Positions 48,501 through 59,058 of a stretch of 64,000 bases of DNA are shown piece by piece. The notes below the pieces were generated by a model that was given only the letters and a program-made list of their open reading frames with translations, searched no databases and was not told the DNA's origin. The first letter of the stretch is position 1; each line of letters begins with the position of its first letter. The DNA lies in contig CDMY01000347.1 in NCBI GenBank assembly GCA_001179505.1, positions 248,001-312,000 of the forward strand. The letters are read 5' to 3'. The DNA is from Vitrella brassicaformis CCMP3155. Its lineage: Eukaryota; Protista; Chromerida. The translations under genes and the position numbers were made by a program.

Positions 48501-51500
48501 TGAGGTGGTGCGGCCCTTGATGCGATGCGCCTCGTCGAGTATGATGCGCTGCCAGAGGATGGCGTGGAGGGGGCTGTCCTTGAGGCTCACACCAGACTGG
48601 TCCAGGTCGCTCTCAGCCTCCTCGTCGTCGTCATTATCTTCGTCCTCGTCTGGGTCGTCGTTGTCCCTGCCCCTCTTCTTGAGCCGACCGCCGCCGCCCT
48701 TGCCACTGCTCTTGCCCGACTCGCCTGAAGGACATTTGGCCGACGCGGGTTTGGCCTTGGCCTTCTTCTTCTTGTTGCCCTTGCTGGCCTTCTCGCCGAT
48801 AGGCATGTCGTCATCGTCCACCTCACCCGCTGCCGCATCGCCGTCCTGCCCCTGCTGCTGGTCGTCATCCTCATCCGAGTCGTCGTCAGGCACGAACTCA
48901 GAACCAGACGAATCGCTGTCATCATCCTGCACACACACCACACACACACACAGAGAGGCGGGGGNNNNNNNNNNNNNNNNNNNNNNNNNNNNNNNNNNNN
49001 NNNNNNNNNNNNNNNNNNNNNNNNNNNNNNNNNNNNNNNNNNNNNNNNNNNNNNNNNNNNNNNNNNNNNNNNNNNNNNNNNNNNNNNNNNNNNNNNNNNN
49101 NNNNNNNNNNNNNNNNNNNNNNNNNNNNNNNNNNNNNNNNNNNNNNNNNNNNNNNNNNNNNNNNNNNNNNNNNNNNNNNNNNNNNNNNNNNNNNNNNNNN
49201 NNNNNNNNNNNNNNNNNNNNNNNNNNNNNNNNNNNNNNNNNNNNNNNNNNNNNNNNNNNNNNNNCGCGGGAGGGGACAGTCACCCATGAGCTGTGGCACA
49301 TCTGGAGGGGTGCACAGGTATTGCCTGGGTGCCTGTCTGTCTGTCTGTCTGAATCCATTGTGCCGTCCGCCCTGTCTATGGCTCTCTGTCTGGGTCGGTG
49401 GGCTTGCCCGCTCCAGATAAGTGGAGAGCGAGGGGGATGGCTGTGTGAGTTGCTTCCTTCGCTGTGGCATCTCCCTTCCCTGCTCCCAAATACTTGACGG
49501 CAGCAAGGGGCTAAAAGATGCGATGCCCTCACCCGTACGATACCCAATCCCCCACTGCCTGCCTGCCTGCCTGCCTGGGGGTGGATCCTACCTTGCAACA
49601 CTTCTTGGAGCGGCCCTTCTTGCCCTTCATCGACACCTTGCCGCCCTTCTTGCCCTTCATCGACACCTTGCCGCCCTTCTTGGACGCGCCGCCCTTGGCC
49701 GCCCTCTTCTTCTTCTTGCTCGTGACCTTGAGGTCGCCATCGTCATCCCGATCCTCGTCGAAGTCGTCGTCGTCATCCTCCTCGCCCTGCAGGTAGTTGA
49801 CGGCCTTCTTGGGCCGCCCGCTCGACGCGCCAGAGCCACACGACCCTGGTGCGGTCGCCGACCCCTTCGTGCCCTTCTTCTTCTCCTTCTTGACACGCTC
49901 GGCCTTGCTGGACGAAGCGGCCTCGTCGCCGCCGTTGCTGGGCTTGCTGTCGGGGAAAAGATGGCGCTCGAGCCGCCTTAGCAGCTCCGGCTTGGTGCCC
50001 GATCTGGGCAGGCCGTACTGCTTCAGCCGCTCCTTCATCTCGCCCACCTTGAGCTTGGCCAGGCCCGATTTGGAGATGCTGTGGTCCAGTTGGGGAGGGG
50101 CGCGGGGCGGCGGGAGGGTGATCGGGACGGTGGCTCGGCCGCCTTCCTCGCCGGCGAAGAGCAGGTCATAGAGGCGGTCACGCAGCTGCTCCTTGCTGCC
50201 GGTGGTGTCGGCATGGAGCAGCGAGAGGTACTTCTTGAGCTTGCCCGCACCGGCCTTGGCGACGGCCTTGCGCTCGACGACCATGACGGCCGGGCGGCCC
50301 TGCTCAAGGGACGCCGCCAGGTCGGCCAGCAGGCCCTCGCCGTCACCCCACACCTCATCGTCCTCGTCTGCTCTGGCGGCATCGGTGTCGCCGAGGAGCA
50401 GTGCGGTGGCTCGGTCAACATGACCCTTGGTCTCCTGACACGTACGCACACACAGAGAGTGCATGAGCAGAGAGTCAAGACAGACACGGGGGAGGGAGGG
50501 GAGGTTTGTCGTGCACCATCCCGCCAAGCCGCCCACCTGGAGCGCTATTTTGGCGGTGTCCTCTGCGAATCCCATACTGAGCAGCTGAGACAGGGCAGAG
50601 GGGTACGCGAAGCGGCCGCTGCTGGATGAGGCGCCGTTGCCCCTGCTGCCCCTGCCAGCGTGGGCCTCGTCAACAATGATGCAGTCGTCGGCCGATGACG
50701 ACGCGGCAGCAGCTGCAGCTGCAGCAGCCGAAGAAGACGACGGCTGCAGCCAAGACAAAGACAGACGGGCAGGCGGACATATGTGTGATGATGATGTAGA
50801 CAAACCACACCCCCACGAGTGTGTCCACTCACCTCCGCGCCGTCCCTGTCTACGCCATTCATCTCGTCGTTCTCCCCCTGCCCCTCCCCGTCAGCCCCCT
50901 CGGCATCCCCATCGCCCTCTACCCGAGCCTTCTTGCCACGCACCGAACCACCACCGCCACTAGCACCCACACCACCAGCACCGCCACTCGTCGCACCACG
51001 CTTGCGAGCCGCCCCAGCCCCGTTCTGCTCGCCAGCGTCGCCATTGGCCTCTGCCGCCGACTTGGCGGGCACTCCGGCGGGCTGTGCGATGCCCCCGTCC
51101 CCACCGCTGTGGTGGTTGTCGTGGTTCTTGCTGGACTGTTCGTTGCTGTGGGGTACGTCCTGCATCTGGACGTCACCGTCCGGGTCGATGGGCGTGCCGT
51201 CGGCCGTCTTGGAGGGGCCGCCACGACGACCGAAGGCGCCGCGAGGAGCGCCCCAACCCAGCAGCATCTGACATTCAAGTCAAGCAGCCAACACCCTCGG
51301 AGGACAGGTTGAAGCTTAGGTGAAGCGGTGTCTGTGTCTGTGTCTGTGTGTATGTGTGAGGCACTCACGTCGTCTTGTCTGTTGGCCTTCTGCATGAGCT
51401 CTCTGTAGACGTTGCTGGGCGTGGGCACGGCGGTGGACTTCTTCTTGGGCTCCGCCTTGGCCTTCCGCCTCGGAGCCTTCTTCTTGGGCTCGCCCACCTC

Positions 51501-53904
51501 CATCTCCACACCATCGCCCTCGCCCTCGCCCTCGCCGTCGCCCTCATCGCCCTTGGTGATGTCCAGAGTGCGCATGGCCTTCTTGGCTGCAACACATTCA
51601 CTCACACAGCGCAAGGCCCAGAGGGATGTGGGTAGTGGTGGTGGTGTGGGTGGGTGGGTGTGGGGCGGGGGAATAAGTCAGGGTGCGTACCAGCGGCCTT
51701 CTTGGCCTTTTCCTGGAGTTTCTGTTTCTGTGTGCGCTCCGCCTCGGGGCCGCAGAAGTACCTCTGGTGGCTGATCAGCTTGTCGGGGAGGTAGAGCTTG
51801 CCGCAGTACTGACCAACCAACCAGCAAGGCACAAGCAGTGGTTGGTTGAGTGTTCAGAGGTGCCTGTGGTATGTGTGCCCGTGGACGTGTGTGTCTGCAT
51901 CTGTTCGCACCTGGCACTCGACCTTGTGTTTGTTCATGATCTTCCGATAGTCGTACTCGACTGCACACAACACCAACACAACACCAACACAACACCAACA
52001 CAACACCAACACAAGACATGCATGTTGATGATGTGTTGATAATCTGCCATCTGTCTGTCTGTCTGTCTGTCTCGCTGGCTGGCTGGCTGGCTGGCTGGCT
52101 CAGCCACTGACTGACCGGTCTGGTAGGTGGTGATGACCACGTCCACCTTCTGCAATTCATCGAAGAGGCACTCACGCTGCCTGCACACTCACACGGACGG
52201 ACGGAGGACACAAACCATGAGCGATCGACCAATGTGTGTGTGTGTGTGTGTTTGGTGCTCACTGTCCGTGGTAGATGAGCACGTTGAGCGACTCGGCCTT
52301 GGTGAACCGCTCGATCTCATTCTTCCACTGACACACACACACAGACAGACAGACAGACAGACAGACACAGATGCATACCATACAGACCAACCACAGCCAA
52401 AGATGAAGAGATGCCCCTGGCTGCCCACCGGTCCGTCCACCCACCCACACCCACACACACAGACAAAGACGTGTGTACCTGCAGCACGGCGGCCAGTGGT
52501 GACACGACAAGTGTGGCGCCCTGCGGTTTGTCGATAGTGAGGTCCTTCTCGAGCTTGTTCTTGAGCAGCAGTGCGACGGCCTGGATGGTCTTACCCATAC
52601 CTACATTACATCCAGCCATGGGTGGCACATCCACCACACACACAAAGGAGTGACAGTGCTCTGCAGAAATGCGGCTTCCCCCACCCATCTCGTCGGCTAG
52701 GATCCCTCCTCTGCAGTCCGACTCTTCCTGATGGCACATCCAGGCCAGCCCCTCCTGCACACACAACACACACCCAGACGTATGCATCCCTCCCCACACG
52801 AGTGTGTCGGGCATGTGTCAGTCAGTCAGTCGTGGATCCTCTAATCCACACCTCTTGGAAGGGCAGCAGTGGCAGCAGCAGCTCCGGCGGCGCCTTGTAG
52901 CGCTCGACCAGCTTCCGCTTCACCAACTCGTCCAAACGCTTCGCCTGACAAAGTGATATGACGACACAACAACACCCACACACCCACATGCCATCTGAAT
53001 GGGTGTGCGCCCGTCCGTCCGTCAGCCACCCACCGCCTCAGCCGTGTCGAGTTCCTCCTCCTCGGTGTGGGTCGAGAGCTCCGCCGTGGCCTTGGCTCGC
53101 TGCTCGTCGTCCAGGTCGGCCCACCCGTGGATGATGTTGGGCAGCTGCAGCTCCTCCACAGTGGTGTCCGGCGCCCAGCCGGTGGACCGCACGATCTTGC
53201 CGCTGCACTTGACGTGCAGCCAGCCGGCGATGAGACCCCAGTCGCCCCGCTGGTCCTGTCACACACACACACACACACATATCCAGTATACAGGTGAGTT
53301 GGGTGTGCAGGGGTGGGTGTGTTGGGGAGGGGAGAGGCGCCTGCCTACCTTGATGGGGAAACCGATGCGGATCTCGCCCTTGCCGATCACACCACCGCAA
53401 ACACGACACTTGGATTGGCCTGCGGGATGCCATCACACGCACACGCACGCACACCTGTGAGGCAATGTGCCATTTTGACCGGCTGGCTCCTCTCTGAACG
53501 TTCTGTCACCTGTTGGTGCCTTGCCGCATATTATCGTCACGGAAACCAGCCTGCCCCTGGTGGCCTTGTCTAGCTTGCTGATGCTGACAGACAGACAGAC
53601 AGAAGGTCACAGACCACACACCAAGCGCGCGTGTTTGCGTCCATCACTCATTCTCGTGCTGTGGTTGAGTGGAGTGGTGGCTCACAACTTGTCAGGGATG
53701 AAGAGTTTCTTCTCAGGATCATACTGGCAGTCCTGCACACCCATACACACAGACAAGCCAGCAGCGGAGGTTCACACGAGCATCATCACTCTGGTGTTTC
53801 GTCGCGCCTACAAAACTCATCATGCTCACCTCCACGACGCTGAGGCGCTTCGAGGACTTCTTGGCGAGCAGCGATTCTATCTCGTCAGGGATGACGGTCG
53901 CCAT
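45593..53904 (-). CDS. RAD16: RAD16/RAD5-like SNF2 helicase with N-terminal PARP-type zinc finger, internal UBA and SAP-like domains, and RING finger
   Basis: zf-PARP KAPT|[18 protein letters not shown]. Helicase motifs GGILADEMG|..[75 protein letters not shown] and [33 protein letters not shown]. First exon [10 protein letters not shown]. Confidence 0.9.
48965..49264. other. Assembly gap (300 N) within an intron of the RAD16-like gene
   Basis: N run. Confidence 0.99.
49612..49682 (-). repeat. Coding 30-bp tandem duplication encoding ([10 protein letters not shown])x2
   Basis: The unit GCCCTTCTTGCCCTTCATCGACACCTTGCC occurs twice on the plus strand. Confidence 0.85.
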
Positions 53905-54093
53905 CGCGAGACTTCTTCTGTCGCGACGCGTCCGACTGACCTTCGTCAAAAGGCAGCTAGCTAGCTATCCAGCATCAGTCATGACCATGATACAGCGGCA
54001 CTGCCGCCTCTACACCTGCGTCAATTTTGGAATCCTGCGATCCTTTCTGTAAATGCTGACTGGGTTGCAGTCTGATGCCTGGCAGCCCTATGC

Positions 54094-55635
54094 CCCATGT
54101 TTGCAAAGGCTGCCTCTGCCTCGTTGACAACGCATACTAGACGATGAGTGGAGGGGGGTGAGAGATGACCATTTATCATGGCCGACATGGCATTGCTGAA
54201 TGCGTCCCCCTGGTGGTACACGAGAGAATGACGGCTAAAAGATGTGCTGAGGCACAGACAGTGCTCGTCAGACACAATCGTCAGAAACAATGAGGGATGG
54301 AGCATGGCGACAGAGGGGGGGGAAGACGACAATGAAAGACACTGGCCTTCGAACCAAGCAAGCATTAGCAGAGGCAGACAAACAGAACACACCCATGCAA
54401 ACCAAAAGACCAATGCTCCATCCATATCTACCGCAAGATGCTCATGCGAAATAGACAGACCCACACGCCTCTCGGCCCTCCCCCCGTCCACAGAAGGAAG
54501 GCCTCTCATCCTCCACACCTTCACTCACACCTTCTTCTTGAGCCTCTTGCGCGCTGCCTCCTTCTGTCGGCTGATGGCCTGAGTCTCGGGGATCCAGAAC
54601 ACATCAGGTGTACGCCTGTCATCACATGACAGAAACAGACAGAGAGTGCTCGCAGGCAGGCAGGCGGGCAGGGGGCGGGTATACGGTTTTCCATCCATTC
54701 CATCGGCACCTTTTGACATCCCGATGGGGGAACCGGACGAAGCTCAGGTTCATGAAGCACTGCAGCTTGCGCAGCTCGGCCGCGGACATTTCCCTGTCCA
54801 TGAGCTGCTGCCGATACATGTGGTGGAACTGCAGGGCCTCGGGCAGCGGCTCGTCCTCAGACGCCGTGGCCTCGTCGTAAAGATCCTCGGGCAGCTGCTG
54901 CACCGCCTCCCACATACGCTCACGAGCTGCAGCCTCGTGACCCTCATACAGCTCGCTCTCAAGCTGCACGCACAGAAACGATCGACATCCAGACATCAAT
55001 CACATCAAGCACTTAGTGCATATCCTGGCGAACGAGCGAATTGTGGCTCACGGGCAGTGCAGTGCGTCCCCACCTGTCTGTGTCGCTCATGGGCTTCGAA
55101 CCTCCTCTGGAAGTGCGCCCGCTGCTCGTCTGTGTCGGTGGGGTCGTGAGGCGAGAAGATGACGTCGAGCAGCGCCCGCAGTCGGTCCTTGTTGCCGAGG
55201 AACTGGATAGTGTCCTTGACGTGCTCCTGCGGCACGTAGGGGAGCAGACGGATCTCCACGCTGTGCTCCACCTTCTTCTTGGGCTCTGCCTTTTGCTTGT
55301 CCTTCTTCTTCCGCTCCGGAACACCCGACGCCCTCGCAGACACTCGCATCTGCCGCAAGACTGTCTGCGACACAATCACAATGGGGCTGTTTCGCTGCAT
55401 GGCCGATCTGGGGAGGCAGCTTGCGAGCTTAGACAAGGAAGACGATCCATCGTATATAAGAGGTTTCGAGAGGCCACCGCAGCCCTTCTCTGAGACAGCT
55501 ATGTATTGCGGATGAGAGATCTTGAAAGATGGAGCCCGATGGCTACCGATGGCCCATGTTTGCAAAGGCTGCCTCTGCCTTGTTGAATGATAACGCATAG
55601 ACGATGAGTGGAGGGGTGAGAGATGACCATCATGG
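54094..55635 (+). repeat. Imperfect ~85-bp direct repeat (54094-54181 and 55553-55635) flanking the mL40-like gene
   Basis: Both copies read CCCATGTTTGCAAAGGCTGCCTCTGCCT..GTTGA..AACGCATA..GACGATGAGTGGAGGGG(GG)TGAGAGATGACCAT..CATGG. Confidence 0.9.
54525..55400 (-). CDS. Probable mitochondrial ribosomal protein mL40-like (3 exons)
   Basis: Basic presequence-like start MQRNSPIVIVSQTVLRQMRVSARASG. ..HERHRQ|LESELYEGHEAAARERMWEAVQQLPEDLYDEAT..PLP resembles the mL40 core. Family assignment is from recall. Confidence 0.55.
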
Positions 55636-56432
55636 ACACTCTATGTCCCTCTTTGCCCTTCTTCTTGCAGCAGCAAGAACCCCTCTTGGCCGGCGAGGAA
55701 GGACAACAGGTGGGCATCCATCCATCTGCAGTTAGCATCTGCCCGTGTGTTGCGCTTGGTGCATTCATTCAGCCTGCCGATGAGTCCGCGAGTCCGCCAC
55801 GGAAGGGTTTCTGGGAGGGGCTGCAGCCCGCTGAGGAGCTCGACGAGTGGCCACCCGCAACAGTCGGCACCGCCAGGGCGACAAAACTCCTCATCCTACT
55901 CATTGTCGTGTAAGCGGCAAGCCACAATCGACCAACAGCCATATGTATGATGCTGTCTGTATGCCCGGGGGTGTGTGCAGCGGTTCCGTTCTCGGGATTG
56001 TCATAACATTTTTCATGGTGAGTGAGTCTGACACACTTGGGGGGCGGAGGGGAAGTGGCAGGCAGCAGCGGGTCACTCACTGACCAAGTGTGTGTCCATC
56101 CATTTTGAAGGGCATTCTCCGGGTTGACGTTCAATATCGCTACCACAGCTCTCTCCCCGCACCATCTGTCGTCGTATGCCCGTAAGTATGCCCGTGAGTA
56201 AGCGCCAGGTGCACGTGGTTTTATCGCTGGCAGGGACTATGGCAGCAAGTTTGTGTCTTTTCAACCGGCGGCCAAAGGTGGGTGGGAAGGAACACACGGA
56301 CGAGGAGTGAGGAGGGAGGAGGGAGGAGGGAGCAGGGGAGGGGTACGCGTGTCTGTCGTCCTTTCTTCAGCTGACGTGGTCGTCTTCCCTGGAGGGAAAT
56401 CTCAGGGCACCATAGCAACATACTCTGTATAC

Positions 56433-56467
<35 letters not shown>

Positions 56468-57701
56468 GGAGCAGAGAAAGGAATACCATCCATCCACGGT
56501 GCCTGTGCGTCTGTTGCTTCCTTCAGGACTTGTGCATCCAGGACTCTGGGTGCCACTGCGTGTACCTCTCCCACGCCCACATCACAGACAGCCCCGCCGG
56601 CCCCGAGATGATCCGCCTCAACTTCACCGCCACATACGCACAGCCACAGCCGGCAGGCTCTTTCCTCTTCGGCTTCACTCGGGGGCCGGCCGACCTGACG
56701 AGGGTGCAGAAGAACCCCACCTCTGGTGGACCGGCCTCGGGAATGGAGAACATCCTGCCGCGGGGCTACAAAATGGAGGTGCCACATACATTCTACTTCG
56801 GGAGAATGGGTTTTAGGAACATTGGTACGGAGGGACGGAGTGGGTGGGATGGGATCGTGTGGGATGGTGTGGTGTGCTGCGATGTGGTGTGGTGGCTGCC
56901 GTCTCTCTCTCTCTCTCTCTCTCTCTCCCTCTGCGTGTGTGTGTGTGTGTGTTGTGTGTGTGCAGGTTATATTGAGTTGCGTGAGGTGCAGAAGAACGTG
57001 GAGATGATCCAACGAGGCGCCACCAACCTCGATTTCGCGTACACACACTGCACACACACACACTGAGTGAGGCGCTTTATCCTCTCTCCTCATACCCGCG
57101 TGATGTGGCCGTCTGTCTGTCTGTCAGTCTCTCCCACACCTATGACTTCACCCCTGCCGGTGTGCCGTCGGCCATCGACCAATCCGGCACACCAAATGCC
57201 ACCACTAGTGGACCAACGGTAAGGCAGGGCAGGGCAGGCACACACACGCAGAGGGAGACCGCCGATGGGATGATGTGTGTGTGTGTTTGTGTGTGTGTGT
57301 CGTCTGTCTGTTTGTGTGCTGTGGTGTGTCAGGTTCTGTCCTTCGGCTTCAGGGACTTCTACATCCCGCTGACACAAGCCTATGAGGGCATGTGGAGCCC
57401 TTTCGCCCTCGTCTCTATGGCGGTAGGGATGGATGGATGGATGATGGATGTGTCTCTGAGTGGCGTGTGTGTGTGTGTGTGTGTGTGCCGTCTGTGCCAG
57501 ATATTGGTCACGACGGCCTTCAACAACTTGAACCTTTATTCCATCGTCTTCCCGCCCAAGGTCAACCCGATCTCAGTGCAGCGGGAGCCAAACCCGGCGC
57601 TGCAGTCCTTGTGCGCCTGCTTCTCGTGCTGCAGAAGACGACCAAAGGTGAGTGAGGGCCCTGAGGGGGAAAGAAAGGCCTCTGACGGGCTCTTTGACTG
57701 A
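55604..57701 (+). CDS. Two-TM membrane protein with a large extracellular loop (DEG/ENaC-like topology), about 12 exons
   Basis: All splice phases are consistent: MSGG|QQEPLL..|..TKLLILLIVV|GSVLGIVITFFM|GILRVDVQYRYHSSLPAPSVVVCP|DYGSK..|..DLCIQDSGCHC..|..VLSFGFRDFYIP..WSPFALVSMA|ILVTTAFNNLNLYSIVFPP..LCACFSCCRRRPK. Confidence 0.7.
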
Positions 57702-58538
57702 CCTTCCGCTGTGTGTGGTGCGTGTGTGTCTCACTCAGAGTGAGCGGAGGCTGTCCGGTGATGATGGTGGTGTGGACCAGCTAGTGTGACGGGTAGCTAG
57801 CTGTCTGTTGCCATGTGGTCGATGGACGGACGGTACATAGCTAAGCTGATGGACAGCCTGACGTGTGTGTGTACCCATGATGGTGTGAAGGGATTTTCTC
57901 GTCGCCCGGTGGATGGCAGGGCAGAGAGTGCAGTGCATCACACAGCACAGCGCCTGTGTGTCTGACGCACCGATCATACATACACGTTGATTGCGACCAT
58001 ATCGATTTAGTTAAACGGTGACAGTCGAGTGTCCCCGTCCAGTCCGCTCCGGTCCACACACATTCGTCCATCCATCCATCCATCCACACACACGCACGCG
58101 CATCGAGCCGTCCAGCCATCCACACACCCCTCCTATGGTAAGACGGATGATGCAAAAATTGGTAAGGCACGTCACGTCGTCTGTCTGGTCAGTGAGTGAG
58201 TGAATGGAGCGGCCTTACACACACACACACTCACTGTCTGTCTATCTCTGTCTGTCTGTCTGGGGGGTGGGGTGGGGAGGGGAGGGTAAGGGGATTAGTG
58301 CGGTAAGTGGATAAAATACAAGTTGGTGGGGCAGTCTGGGTGCTAGAGGCTATGGGTGCGGGTGGGTAGTGCGCTAGATGGGTACACAACACACGTCAGC
58401 TCACCATATGCAGTCAACCGATGCAACCAGACACTCAGCCATCCATCCAGGCAGGCACACGCGGATGCTTTTTGAAAACACGACTTTGAAAACTTTTCAT
58501 CCAGTCGGCTTCCCCCCCCCCCCCCCCCCCCCCCCCCC

Positions 58539-58838
58539 NNNNNNNNNNNNNNNNNNNNNNNNNNNNNNNNNNNNNNNNNNNNNNNNNNNNNNNNNNNNNN
58601 NNNNNNNNNNNNNNNNNNNNNNNNNNNNNNNNNNNNNNNNNNNNNNNNNNNNNNNNNNNNNNNNNNNNNNNNNNNNNNNNNNNNNNNNNNNNNNNNNNNN
58701 NNNNNNNNNNNNNNNNNNNNNNNNNNNNNNNNNNNNNNNNNNNNNNNNNNNNNNNNNNNNNNNNNNNNNNNNNNNNNNNNNNNNNNNNNNNNNNNNNNNN
58801 NNNNNNNNNNNNNNNNNNNNNNNNNNNNNNNNNNNNNN
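58539..58838. other. Assembly gap (300 N)
   Basis: N run preceded by poly-C. Confidence 0.99.
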
Positions 58839-59058
58839 GGTGCCCCCACTACTGCTGTATGGTATGATGCCTCCCTCTCCCGGCCCTCCCTTCCCCTCCG
58901 GTCATCTAGCTCGCCAGACAGCTTCCTCTAGCGAGTGTGCACTGGTGCGCCACTCACTCACTCACTCACTCACACAGAAGGCCGCGAAAAAACCGACGCC
59001 AATCCAGCCATCACCACACAAGTACACAGGCGGGCAGGGGGCATGTAATGCGTGTGAG

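Noticed and set aside
53418-53508. Internal AG|GT site in a RAD16 intron suggesting recursive splicing
   Set aside because: The intron is only ~90 nt, and such sites arise easily by chance in GT-rich introns.
54094-55635. Repeat copies as H/ACA or C/D snoRNAs (AGACGA and ACA motifs)
   Set aside because: The purine-rich segment cannot form the required hairpins, and I found no conserved D box.
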